From Patescibacteria group bacterium (lineage in GTDB: Bacteria; Patescibacteriota; Minisyncoccia; Phycocordibacterales; GCA-2747955): a stretch of 64,000 nt of DNA. Below the pieces are notes generated by a model. The model had not been told where the DNA came from. It saw only the letters and a program-made list of their open reading frames with translations, and did not search any database. How positions within the stretch are numbered: the stretch's first letter is position 1; each line of letters begins with the position of its first letter. The position numbers and the translations under genes were made by a program. Location: assembly GCA_048538215.1 (NCBI GenBank), contig JBLYPV010000001.1, positions 397,499 to 461,498 on the forward strand, written 5' to 3'. Shown here in pieces: positions 37,146-46,501 of this stretch.

Positions 37146-37679
37146 ATGAGTATCCTCGACCTGTTCCTGCAGCTGGGGACCCTCAGCCCGCTCCGCTACG
37201 AAGCCGTAAAATGCGGTCATCGTAGCAAGCGTTGTGGCCGGGTCTCAGCATTTAGCTACGACCTGATGACAAAAATGCCCAAGAACGATAAGGGTTCCAT
37301 AGACTACTGCCTCGACTGCATCGGCAAAATGGCGATTCGGTGCGCATGGTGTAACAATCCAATTTTCATCGGTCAGCCAGTTACGCTCTACACACCACCG
37401 AGCGACTTCCAAATTCCTGCGCATGCCATTGTCTACAGCCAGGATCCTTTACGACTCGTCGGATGTCTCGGCTGGGATTGCGCCGACACAGGTGCAGCCC
37501 GAGCAGGCTTCTGGCTACCGGGCGAAAACGGCAAGGGGCGCGTCCAACGTATACAGACCGCCTACGATGCGCTTCTCAAATCAGAAGAACCATCGATAGC
37601 GATCGTCGACGATCTCAGCAATATAAAGGAATCCCCTGATTCGACACTTATTCTGCTCGAAAGCCAGAAAGTGGATTAG
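37146..37679 (+). CDS. Cys-rich hypothetical protein
   Basis: CLDC and CAWC pairs; higher GC than flanks; own terminator at about 37707-37740. Confidence 0.72.
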   Translation: MSILDLFLQLGTLSPLRYEAVKCGHRSKRCGRVSAFSYDLMTKMPKNDKGSIDYCLDCIGKMAIRCAWCNNPIFIGQPVTLYTPPSDFQIPAHAIVYSQDPLRLVGCLGWDCADTGAARAGFWLPGENGKGRVQRIQTAYDALLKSEEPSIAIVDDLSNIKESPDSTLILLESQKVD

Positions 37680-37918
37680 GCTCCCTTATATTGAAAGCAC
37701 AATCCAAGAGGCGGCATCCTCCGATGCCGCCTCTTTTCTTTTTTGAATCTAAAAAACAATTTTACTATACAACACTCAATCTCTACCCTGTTCGTAAGGG
37801 ATACAATTACATTCAAGCTATTTTAAAAATATTTAGCTATAAAATACATCGCACATCTTTATAATATAAGCAACCTATTTTTCTCACTATTTTAATAATT
37901 TTCTGATACCATATATCT

Positions 37919-38437
37919 ATGACTACACCCACACACTCTAAAAAGAAAAAAGCTGAGAAGCTAAGTAAGGATAAAATTATTGCATGGGAAGCTCCCGAAT
38001 ATCAGTATGTGCAAAAGACCAAAGATTGGTTTTGGGTGGTAGGCTCTATTGGTATTTTTGTATCTATCGGCTCTTTCTGGATGGACAATTGGTCTTTTGC
38101 CATTCTAGTACTTCTTGCCACCATAATACTTATATACTTAGCTATCCGTAAGCCACGCGCTGTGAATATTAAGTTAAATGTAAACAAAAAAATCATTACC
38201 ATCAATAAAGCACCTTACTATCTTTCCAATTATAAAGCTTTTAATATCAGTGAGTATTCTGGCAATCTACTTTTGCAATCAAAAAAGAAATTTGCTGCAC
38301 TTACTATTATTCCTCTACCCGAACAAGCTCCTATTGAGAAAATTACGACCATCCTAGAAGATGATCTCAATTTTGCACAAGACGAAAGCTTACATGAGCC
38401 CCTTCTCGAGGTAATACTGGGTAGATTAGGCTTCTAA
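37919..38437 (+). CDS. two-TM hypothetical membrane protein
   Basis: WEAPEY..KTKDWFW followed by two TM helices; resembles a conserved CPR family (from memory). Confidence 0.75.
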   Translation: MTTPTHSKKKKAEKLSKDKIIAWEAPEYQYVQKTKDWFWVVGSIGIFVSIGSFWMDNWSFAILVLLATIILIYLAIRKPRAVNIKLNVNKKIITINKAPYYLSNYKAFNISEYSGNLLLQSKKKFAALTIIPLPEQAPIEKITTILEDDLNFAQDESLHEPLLEVILGRLGF

Positions 38438-38489
38438 TTCTTGCAAAAGTACCTATGAAAGATATAATGCACGCACTTATTATTAAATT

Positions 38490-38561
38490 GCTCCCGTAGT
38501 TTAATGGATAGAATGAGGCTTTGCGGAAGCTTTGATGCAGGTTCGATTCCTGCCGGGAGCA
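38490..38561 (+). tRNA. tRNA-Arg(GCG)
   Basis: GCTCCCGTAGTTTAATGGATAGAAT-GAGGCT-TTGCGGA-AGCTTT..GCAGGTTCGATTCCTGC-CGGGAGCA. Confidence 0.9.
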
Positions 38562-38833
38562 CACACTGGTATTCTAGTCTACTAGTATCTAGTAGACTAG
38601 CTTATTTTATAAATAAAAATTGTGAGAGTAATTAAATCCTAAGGGCCAAAAGGAGCTTTTCTCTGTCAGAAAAGCTTACAATGAGAGATCTCTAAAACGA
38701 TATCTCTCATTGTGCCTAATCGATTTCCCATTCAAAGCACAAAATAAAAAAGCTAAGAGCTTTTTTATTTTGTGCAGAAATTACTAGCTTCCAATCAGAT
38801 AGTCTTACAAGCCATAGCTTTGATATACATATC

Positions 38834-41800
38834 CTAGTTAGAAAGTGCTCCTCGACTATATTTTTTAAACACATCATACACTGGTCGTTTGACAGGCGTA
38901 TTCCCATCCAGTCTATAGAGACTCGAGTCATGTATGGTGATATCTCCGCCCTCTACTAGTTTAAAGTAATAGGCCTCACTGATACCAAGTGCATCTATAG
39001 CTTCCATATATTTAGGTAAGACTTCGACACGGAATTCCTCTGATTGAGGATCAGCCACTGGATGTGGCCCACCAAATTCACTTACCAAAATAGGAACATT
39101 TATTTCACTTTCTGCAAGATCCATATACGCACTCCACTGATCATAATCATCATATAGATGGATATCTGCTTCATCATACTTTGCATTATGTAATACATAG
39201 CCGATCTTGTCTACGATATCCCGATATAATTGTGAATGACATACGGTGTTGTAATCAGCCTTAGTCATATATTCGCCAGTATCCAAAATGAATCTATCCA
39301 CAAGATTACGACAGAATGAGATAACGCGCAGAGAAGCAGTAGTAAATCCTCCAAGCACTACTTCTGTCTGTGGGCTATATTTTTGTACTGCTTCATAAAG
39401 GATATTGTTTGCTACTACAAACTCTTCTGCGCTACCCGCATACCAATACTCTGCCTGCCATTCATTGCCAAATTGTATTTTTTCAATCTTATTTGGATAA
39501 CGCTTGAGAATATTCTCTACATATCGCTTGAATGCAGGAAGGTCCTTATACACACAAGACACCTCGCTTCGTGTATTACTACACGCCCAATCTGGCCCAT
39601 TTGATTCAATCGTAAGGAGTATATCAATATCATTTTTTTCTGCCCAATCAATCCGCTCATCCAAAGAGCTCCACTTGTAATCATTCTTTGATGGCTCTCT
39701 GAATTTCCAGTGTTCTGCAAATCTGATAAGAGAGATGCCAAGATCATCTAAAGCTTCTTCGGTAAAATCCATTTGGGATTTATCACCCACGGGAGGAAAT
39801 GACATACCCAATCTAACATTCATTTCAATACTTTCCTCCTCTTCACCTTCAGTATCTTCAGTATTTTCGGTATTTTCAGCAGAAAGTGCTCCATACTGCT
39901 TAAACACATCATAAGCCAAACGCTTGTGTGGCTCACCACCAGATTCATAAGCATACAAGCCAGTATCATAGCCAGAGCTTGTAATAGTATCTGCTCCTAT
40001 CAATTTATAGTAGTAGGCCTGATCTATATCAAGCTCATTAAGTGCCTCTATATACCTATGTATCATCAAGGCATGGAATTCTTCTGTTTTTGGATCAGCC
40101 ACTGGATGGGGCCCACCAAATTCACTGATAATAATTGGCTTGTTCGTCATTCGTGTTGCCATTTCAAAATAATCCGCCCATTGCTCTGGATCATCATAGA
40201 GATGAAGATCAAGCTCATCATATAGTGCATTATCTACCACATACGAAATTCTGTCTTGCAGATTGCGATACTCTTGAGAGGCACAAATAGAAGATCGCTT
40301 ATCTTTAGTAACATACTCACCTGAATTCAAGATAAAGCCATCCACTAAATTATTGCAAAATGAAGTATACCGTATTGAAGCTGAAGTGAATCCTCCCAAG
40401 ACCACCTTTGTCTGTGGGCTGTATTTTTGCACTGCTTCATAAAGGATATTATTTGCTACTACAAAATCTTGAGCATCACCCGCATACCAGAATCTAGCCT
40501 GCCATTCATTGCCAAATTGTATTTTTTCAATTTTATTTGGATAGCGTGCAAGAAGAGTTTCAATATATACCTTAAAATCATTAGGGTTACTAAATACACA
40601 AGATTGATTATTTTTCTCATTACTACAGGCCCAATCTGGCCCATTTGATTGAATAGTAAGAAGCAAATCAATGTTATTTTCTTCTGTCCAATTAATATGA
40701 TCATCCAAATAGCTCCAATTGAATTGACCCTCGCGAGGCTGGCTGTACTTCCAATCTTCTGCAAATCTCAATAAAGAAATATTCAAGTCATCAAGGGCTT
40801 CTTTGGTAAATGCTCGTTTCTCTTCATCATTTATTGGCGCAAAAGATATACCTAATTCAAAATTAATCTCTAGCTCATCTTCTTCATCAGCATCTTCATC
40901 AATATCTATTCCATTATCTGCCTTCTCTAAGAGAGATGCGAGGGTTCTCTTATTACCATCGAATCCACGATTTCCCAAACCATCTACCACTGATCGGTGC
41001 TTATCCAGTGCTCCTCTATTGACGGCAATTGATCGGCCATCCTTCAAAGTAATAATATAGTGATAAACACAGGCATCTATTGCACAATTTCCATCGACGC
41101 TTACATCGATAGTGAGGATGTCTCCAGTATCCCAGCTACTTGTAATACTAGGAGGAGTTTGGGGATTGCTTGGATTAAATGGAGTGGTTGGAGCTGTCCA
41201 ATCATTATAATCGGTAATACTAAAACTTTTTTTCTTCCACTTATTATCACTCCCGCAAACAAAGTATCCGCCTGGATTGGTATATCGTGTGCCCTTGGCG
41301 TCTATCACTACAGTAGCGAGCGCTCCTGATGAATAGTAATATCCTTTGCTATAGCAACCACTAGGAAGACTTGTTGGCAATTGATCGTTTGTTGGAGTAG
41401 TCGTATCCAGTACATTTTCTTGAGTACTCGTGGCCACTTCTTCCCATGTTCCATTATCGGCACATATAAAATAGCCATCGCTCGCGGTTTGCCGATTAAG
41501 AGAGCGATCGGTAATCGTGTCTAGCCGTGCACCTGTAGAGTAATAGTACCCACCACTATAGCACCCATCCATTTGGGAAATGTTTCTAGGGTTTGTAAGG
41601 TTGCCTCCTGCTCCGGAGGAATTATTATGTATCGTATTGAGCATGAGCCAATTTGCAGCACTCCACCCCTTGGTGCCATTCTCGTACTGTAATAGCCACC
41701 AGGTATAGCCTTCTGCTGTGCGTGGTCCGCTTACTACCTGTGCCCCTTCGCCTGCCTTCGCTACCGAAATCCGTGCTTGAGCTGGGAAAACGCGGACTGA

Positions 41801-42109
41801 AAGCGCATCAGTGGTACGCACCTGTGCTCCAATACCGATTTGTCCTGGTGAGGTGCTTGTATCTATTTCTGGAATATCACTTCTATTATTTTCAGAGGGT
41901 GAGCTTTCTTGTGAGCTTGGAAGTGGTGTATTACTCTGTGCTTCCTTAATTTGAATCAATAAACGATTAATAATATCGAGTAGATTACTAGAATTTGATT
42001 GCGCGTGGACTGTCCCAGCTGTAAATATAGCTAGCATAAACACGAGCGCTAAGCCCGACACAAACAATGAGCGACACCTCTTTGAGGCATATGAGTGATG
42101 TATATTCAT
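38834..42109 (-). CDS. large secreted protein: SH3-like domain, two Cys repeats, two tandem clan GH-A glycoside hydrolase domains
   Basis: Signal peptide; GYTWW..GWSAANWL; GCYS.GYYYS.GA twice; QFGNEW, HLYDD and SEFGGP each twice. Confidence 0.8.
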   Translation of the reverse strand: MNIHHSYASKRCRSLFVSGLALVFMLAIFTAGTVHAQSNSSNLLDIINRLLIQIKEAQSNTPLPSSQESSPSENNRSDIPEIDTSTSPGQIGIGAQVRTTDALSVRVFPAQARISVAKAGEGAQVVSGPRTAEGYTWWLLQYENGTKGWSAANWLMLNTIHNNSSGAGGNLTNPRNISQMDGCYSGGYYYSTGARLDTITDRSLNRQTASDGYFICADNGTWEEVATSTQENVLDTTTPTNDQLPTSLPSGCYSKGYYYSSGALATVVIDAKGTRYTNPGGYFVCGSDNKWKKKSFSITDYNDWTAPTTPFNPSNPQTPPSITSSWDTGDILTIDVSVDGNCAIDACVYHYIITLKDGRSIAVNRGALDKHRSVVDGLGNRGFDGNKRTLASLLEKADNGIDIDEDADEEDELEINFELGISFAPINDEEKRAFTKEALDDLNISLLRFAEDWKYSQPREGQFNWSYLDDHINWTEENNIDLLLTIQSNGPDWACSNEKNNQSCVFSNPNDFKVYIETLLARYPNKIEKIQFGNEWQARFWYAGDAQDFVVANNILYEAVQKYSPQTKVVLGGFTSASIRYTSFCNNLVDGFILNSGEYVTKDKRSSICASQEYRNLQDRISYVVDNALYDELDLHLYDDPEQWADYFEMATRMTNKPIIISEFGGPHPVADPKTEEFHALMIHRYIEALNELDIDQAYYYKLIGADTITSSGYDTGLYAYESGGEPHKRLAYDVFKQYGALSAENTENTEDTEGEEEESIEMNVRLGMSFPPVGDKSQMDFTEEALDDLGISLIRFAEHWKFREPSKNDYKWSSLDERIDWAEKNDIDILLTIESNGPDWACSNTRSEVSCVYKDLPAFKRYVENILKRYPNKIEKIQFGNEWQAEYWYAGSAEEFVVANNILYEAVQKYSPQTEVVLGGFTTASLRVISFCRNLVDRFILDTGEYMTKADYNTVCHSQLYRDIVDKIGYVLHNAKYDEADIHLYDDYDQWSAYMDLAESEINVPILVSEFGGPHPVADPQSEEFRVEVLPKYMEAIDALGISEAYYFKLVEGGDITIHDSSLYRLDGNTPVKRPVYDVFKKYSRGALSN

Positions 42110-42343
42110 AAGTAATTAATTATACGATGCATGTTAAGAATACTTAAACAAAAAGCCATCCAACATTCTCCTATATGATTTTATTTATAACATACAATAA
42201 AGAAATTGCCATTTGAAATATAAAATAATTTAAATAACCAAGCTCCTTGTCACCAAAATATTTTGTTATCTACATCATGACAATTTCTTATTTTTTTAAA
42301 TATTTAAAAAACGAATAGTGGGACTACTCGATTATTACCTTAT

Positions 42344-42919
42344 TTACTTTGAAAGTAATTTGATAGCTTTGCGTACCTTTCCAGATGTATCAAGACCTTC
42401 CAAGCTACTATCTTTGAGAATCTCTTGAATATCGCGTGATCTATACCCAAGTGCTTCTAAAGCCTCAAATACCTCCAGGTCTTCATTATCAGTGTCTCGT
42501 GCTCCTGCCTCCTTCCAGCTTTCGTCTATTTTATTTTCAAGCTCAAGAATTATTTTCTCAGCATTTTTCTTACCAATACCCGACACCTTGGTAAGCACAC
42601 TACTCTCTTTTTTAAGTACCGCTTGAATCAAATTTTCTACTGTCGTGGCATTGAGAATACCGAGGGCTACTTTTGGCCCAATCCCAGAGATGGTAATAAG
42701 GAGCTCGAAAAGCTCCTGCTCTCGTAGAGTACTAAAGCCATATAAATCAAGTGCTTGCTCTCGGACAATGGTATGGATATAAAGGCTCGTATCCATCCCA
42801 ACAAGGCAAATTTCTAGGGTGCGTTCTGTAGCGTACACCACATAGCCCACCCCTCCCACATTAATAATAGTGCGTTTATCACTTGTATCCAATACCGTAC
42901 CAGTAAGATAGCCAATCAT
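42344..42919 (-). CDS. ruvA: Holliday junction branch migration protein RuvA
   Basis: MIGYLTG, VGGVGY, LYGF, ISGIGPK, VSGIGKK.AEKIILEL and ALEALGY. Confidence 0.97.
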   Translation of the reverse strand: MIGYLTGTVLDTSDKRTIINVGGVGYVVYATERTLEICLVGMDTSLYIHTIVREQALDLYGFSTLREQELFELLITISGIGPKVALGILNATTVENLIQAVLKKESSVLTKVSGIGKKNAEKIILELENKIDESWKEAGARDTDNEDLEVFEALEALGYRSRDIQEILKDSSLEGLDTSGKVRKAIKLLSK

Positions 42920-42947
42920 AGATATAATACATAATAGCACATCCTGC

Positions 42948-43742
42948 CTACCTCTTGCCCTCAAAAATATCTAATACATCTTTGGCTGATTGCTCACCTA
43001 CAAATGATTCGAATAAATCCAAATTATCAAGCCGACGAAGCATTACAGCCGTAGCAAGCACGGTAGTCACAAAAGCCGATTTGAGGATAGATTCAAGAAT
43101 CAATCCATAAGAAGATACTGACGCAATGGCGATTACCAAAATTAAACAAAGAAAATAAATTACAAACCAAAGAAATTCTTGTATCCGCTCCCCATGTAAT
43201 GCTACGATATTTTTTCGATTCTGTTGCATCCCCGCTAAAATACGGCGTATGCTATCTGCCGAGATGCGCTCATTCGAAGAAAAATCCCGATCGACCGAGG
43301 CTTCACTAAGCAATGCATAGCTCCGTTTGAGGGTGGTAGACTTGTGAGTAATGTTCCAATCCCACGCACGATTCTCAATAATAGGATAGTAATGTTCTCG
43401 TGCAATTTGCTCAAAGCGGTCTTGATACTCCTTGCCAAAAGTACTAAATTCACGATACATCGCTGTAATGCCCCCATCAAATCCAGTAAGCTCGCGTGTA
43501 ATCTCACGATAGCGATTATTCTGCCGTTGAATAGAGAAGCCAACAAGGGTTGCAAACAAAAAAATCACCATTTGCAAATAGAGATTATCCAATGGTACTG
43601 AGAGCTTTAAATTAGGAAGTGCATAAAAAGCCAGGGCACTAGCGACAAAAAAAGAGACGACATATACAATAATGATGTGATTTTTCTCATACCGTTTGCG
43701 TTTGGTGTGAGCAAAGACCTCATCTATTGCTTTTTGCTTCAT
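42948..43742 (-). CDS. four-TM membrane protein, unknown function
   Basis: Two TM helices, a soluble helical domain, then two TM helices; start at MKQKA. Confidence 0.7.
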   Translation of the reverse strand: MKQKAIDEVFAHTKRKRYEKNHIIIVYVVSFFVASALAFYALPNLKLSVPLDNLYLQMVIFLFATLVGFSIQRQNNRYREITRELTGFDGGITAMYREFSTFGKEYQDRFEQIAREHYYPIIENRAWDWNITHKSTTLKRSYALLSEASVDRDFSSNERISADSIRRILAGMQQNRKNIVALHGERIQEFLWFVIYFLCLILVIAIASVSSYGLILESILKSAFVTTVLATAVMLRRLDNLDLFESFVGEQSAKDVLDIFEGKR

Positions 43743-43764
43743 ATCGTGTATTATACCCGTCACT

Positions 43765-44034
43765 ATGGCTATTACCAAATCAGCAAAAAAGCGCATTAAG
43801 AGTAATGCAAAGAAGCGGGTTTTTAATCTACGCCGATTGCGTACCATGCGTGATCAAATTAAAAGCTTTAGCAAATCAGTACAATCAGGCGATACTGATG
43901 ATGCTCACAAGCAAGTAGCTCATCTCTACAAATCAATTGATAAAGCAGCTAAACGAGGAGTAATCAAGCAAAATACTGCAAATCGTAAAAAATCTCGCTT
44001 GAGCAAAATGCTTCATAAAAAAGAAAGTGCTTAA
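43765..44034 (+). CDS. rpsT: 30S ribosomal protein S20
   Basis: MAITKSAKKR and IDKAAKRGVIKQNTANRKKSRL. Confidence 0.97.
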   Translation: MAITKSAKKRIKSNAKKRVFNLRRLRTMRDQIKSFSKSVQSGDTDDAHKQVAHLYKSIDKAAKRGVIKQNTANRKKSRLSKMLHKKESA

Positions 44035-44082
44035 ATGCACACACAAAAAGCGCGAGCCGAGGCTCGCGCTTTTTGTGTGCAT
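44033..44082. terminator. bidirectional terminator
   Basis: CACACAAAAAGCGCGAGCC-GA-GGCTCGCGCTTTTTGTGTG between convergent genes. Confidence 0.8.
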
Positions 44083-44100
44083 CCAACAAGAATATTCGTT

Positions 44101-45144
44101 CTATTTTTCTATTTTATTAGCATAATACCCTTCTAGCTTTCCAATAGCTTCACGCGAGCTATACCCGTAGGAAAAATCCAGGTCTCGACTAATCTTACTC
44201 CCATCTACCACTATTGGATAAGCCATAAATCGCCACACTCCAGGCGCAGTAGCAATTTTCCCCCGCGTACCGTGCCACAGTACAAAGAATCCAAAGCGAG
44301 CAATCCACGCAGGCACAAAAATAGCTCGTTTCTTCATTAATTCTGCCATCATATAGCCATCAATAACATCATTTGGAGAAACAATATAAGAAGAAATCCC
44401 CTGATGTATTTTTTCGCTTGTAAGTCCACATTCTACAGCCTTAAAAATATCGTCTTCATGCACAAATTGTCGCCTCCAGTGTCCGATCACTGGCATAAAG
44501 GACAATAGCTTTTGTATCGGGCGAGGAATTGCTTTTTTATTGGCATCAGCGGAGAGAGCAGAGGCGAGTGAAAACTTACTCATCTGCACTCTTCCTCGTG
44601 GGCCGGTGACGGTAGAAGGCTTAATCATCAGTACTGGTATCTTTGCACTATGTATTTCATATAAATGATCCAAGAGTTTGTCTCCTTCATATTTATCATC
44701 AGCATAAGAATATCCTGTCATCCGAGTTGGTGATGATTCATCAAAAGGTAGATCAATCCGATTTTCCGGGCGAGCGCCATATTGAGAAATTGATGAAAAG
44801 TATACCAAGCGTTCTACCGATGGAGTAGTAAATGCATAGCTAAAGACTCGTCGAGATCCCTCTAGGTTCCACATGCGCACTGTCTCTCGTCCACCATACC
44901 AATCCCTAATTTGCCAAGCAGTATGCACAATATGGCTAATATTCACGCCCGATGGGATCTTTTCTTCCCAATTATCTGTTGCCAAATTAGCTTGTATCCA
45001 AGTAATTTTTTTGTGTTGAGAAAGATGGACTGGCCAAGGATCTTTATCTATACAAATGATGCGCTCTACCTCGCCACGCTCAGCAATACGCTCTGCAAGC
45101 ATTCCTCCAATATAGCCCGCACCTCCAGTAATAAGTATCTGCAT
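44101..45144 (-). CDS. NAD-dependent epimerase/dehydratase (extended SDR)
   Basis: ITGGAGYIG, YFSS..YG, YADDK (YxxxK) and QFVHEDD. Confidence 0.9.
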   Translation of the reverse strand: MQILITGGAGYIGGMLAERIAERGEVERIICIDKDPWPVHLSQHKKITWIQANLATDNWEEKIPSGVNISHIVHTAWQIRDWYGGRETVRMWNLEGSRRVFSYAFTTPSVERLVYFSSISQYGARPENRIDLPFDESSPTRMTGYSYADDKYEGDKLLDHLYEIHSAKIPVLMIKPSTVTGPRGRVQMSKFSLASALSADANKKAIPRPIQKLLSFMPVIGHWRRQFVHEDDIFKAVECGLTSEKIHQGISSYIVSPNDVIDGYMMAELMKKRAIFVPAWIARFGFFVLWHGTRGKIATAPGVWRFMAYPIVVDGSKISRDLDFSYGYSSREAIGKLEGYYANKIEK

Positions 45145-45165
45145 AATTCTAGTATATCAAAGCTC

Positions 45166-46473
45166 TTATGATTTCATCCCCATTCGTTGAGCTAATTTTT
45201 TGAATGTCTTAAGAATGATTTTAATATCGAGCCAAAGAGAGATATTTTTAATGTAATATAAATCATAGGCAAGTCGGTCCAGTGCTTCTTCTTCATTTTC
45301 TGGTGCATGTGCCTGAATGACCTGTGCCCATCCTGTAAGCCCTGGCTGAGCAAGCAACCGAGCTTGTTGAAAAGGATTATGCCCCACCATAGCTTGGTGC
45401 TCATTGACCAAAATAGCACGAGGCCCTACCAAAGATACATCTCCTTTAATTAAATTGATGCATTGCGCAAATTCATCGAGCCTTGTTTTACGAAGCCACC
45501 TTCCTACCCGAGTAATCTTGTCTGCATTATTTTTTTCTTTCCACTTAGTATCATTGCTATACATTGAGCGAAACTTATAAAAATCAAATTCTTGCCCACG
45601 TAATCCTACGCGACGCTGTACAATATAAATTGATCCTCCATCATCAAGCTTGATTGCTATAAAAATAAAGGGATAAAGAATGATAACAATCCCCAAGAGA
45701 ATAAATCCTGCTACAACATCAATTGTGCGCTTGAGAAAACGATAGGTGCTCCCCCTACGAGTAATATGCTGGAGAAACCAATCGTGATCTATCCGCTCCA
45801 AATCAATTTTAGAATGCATCTCTTCGCGTAAATCGACAATATCAACAATATTAATATTAGAAAACATCAGTTTATATAAAATATCAATTCGCGGATAGCG
45901 ATCAAGGTCTACTAAAATTGTATCCGCTCGAGTATCAGAAAGTGCTTGATTGATTTCTTCCAAGCCTGCTTGAATAGAGAGCTCATCAGTGATCCGTACA
46001 TTCCATAGTGGCTCCCTATCAAACATTTCTCTCACATCGGCCGCCTGCCCTACCATAACAGCTCGAATGGGTGCTAGTGAAAATATCCGCAAGGATACCA
46101 ATTTCCAAAAAAACATCGCTACAAATAGCAAGCTCGCAAAAATGATCAAATTTGTCTTGGGGGAGATGCCTAGGGTAGGCAAAAAATAAAAGTGTCCCAG
46201 CATTATCACGGTAGCGAGAGCATGTGGTGGCACTAATAGCTCAAAAATATTTTTGGCAGTTGGGATAATCTGCCTACTATAAAATCCCGCTATATAAATG
46301 ATAATTTCATAGATAATAAAGAGCAGGAAAAAAGCACGAATGTGTTCTTCGTATGTTGCATAATCTATAAATTCAAAGTTACGCAATACAAGTGACAGGT
46401 AAAGTACCCCAAAAAAAGTGATGGCATCTCCTGTCACCATGCTCATCCCTTGCATTAGCCGGTAATGCGTCAT
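45166..46473 (-). CDS. polyprenyl glycosylphosphotransferase (bacterial sugar transferase)
   Basis: KRTIDV, YKFRSM, ITRVGRWLRKTRLDE, SLVGPR, PGLTGWAQV and YDLYYIKN. Confidence 0.93.
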   Translation of the reverse strand: MTHYRLMQGMSMVTGDAITFFGVLYLSLVLRNFEFIDYATYEEHIRAFFLLFIIYEIIIYIAGFYSRQIIPTAKNIFELLVPPHALATVIMLGHFYFLPTLGISPKTNLIIFASLLFVAMFFWKLVSLRIFSLAPIRAVMVGQAADVREMFDREPLWNVRITDELSIQAGLEEINQALSDTRADTILVDLDRYPRIDILYKLMFSNINIVDIVDLREEMHSKIDLERIDHDWFLQHITRRGSTYRFLKRTIDVVAGFILLGIVIILYPFIFIAIKLDDGGSIYIVQRRVGLRGQEFDFYKFRSMYSNDTKWKEKNNADKITRVGRWLRKTRLDEFAQCINLIKGDVSLVGPRAILVNEHQAMVGHNPFQQARLLAQPGLTGWAQVIQAHAPENEEEALDRLAYDLYYIKNISLWLDIKIILKTFKKLAQRMGMKS

Positions 46474-46501
46474 AGTACTAATAGTATAACAGATTCATAC
46501 T

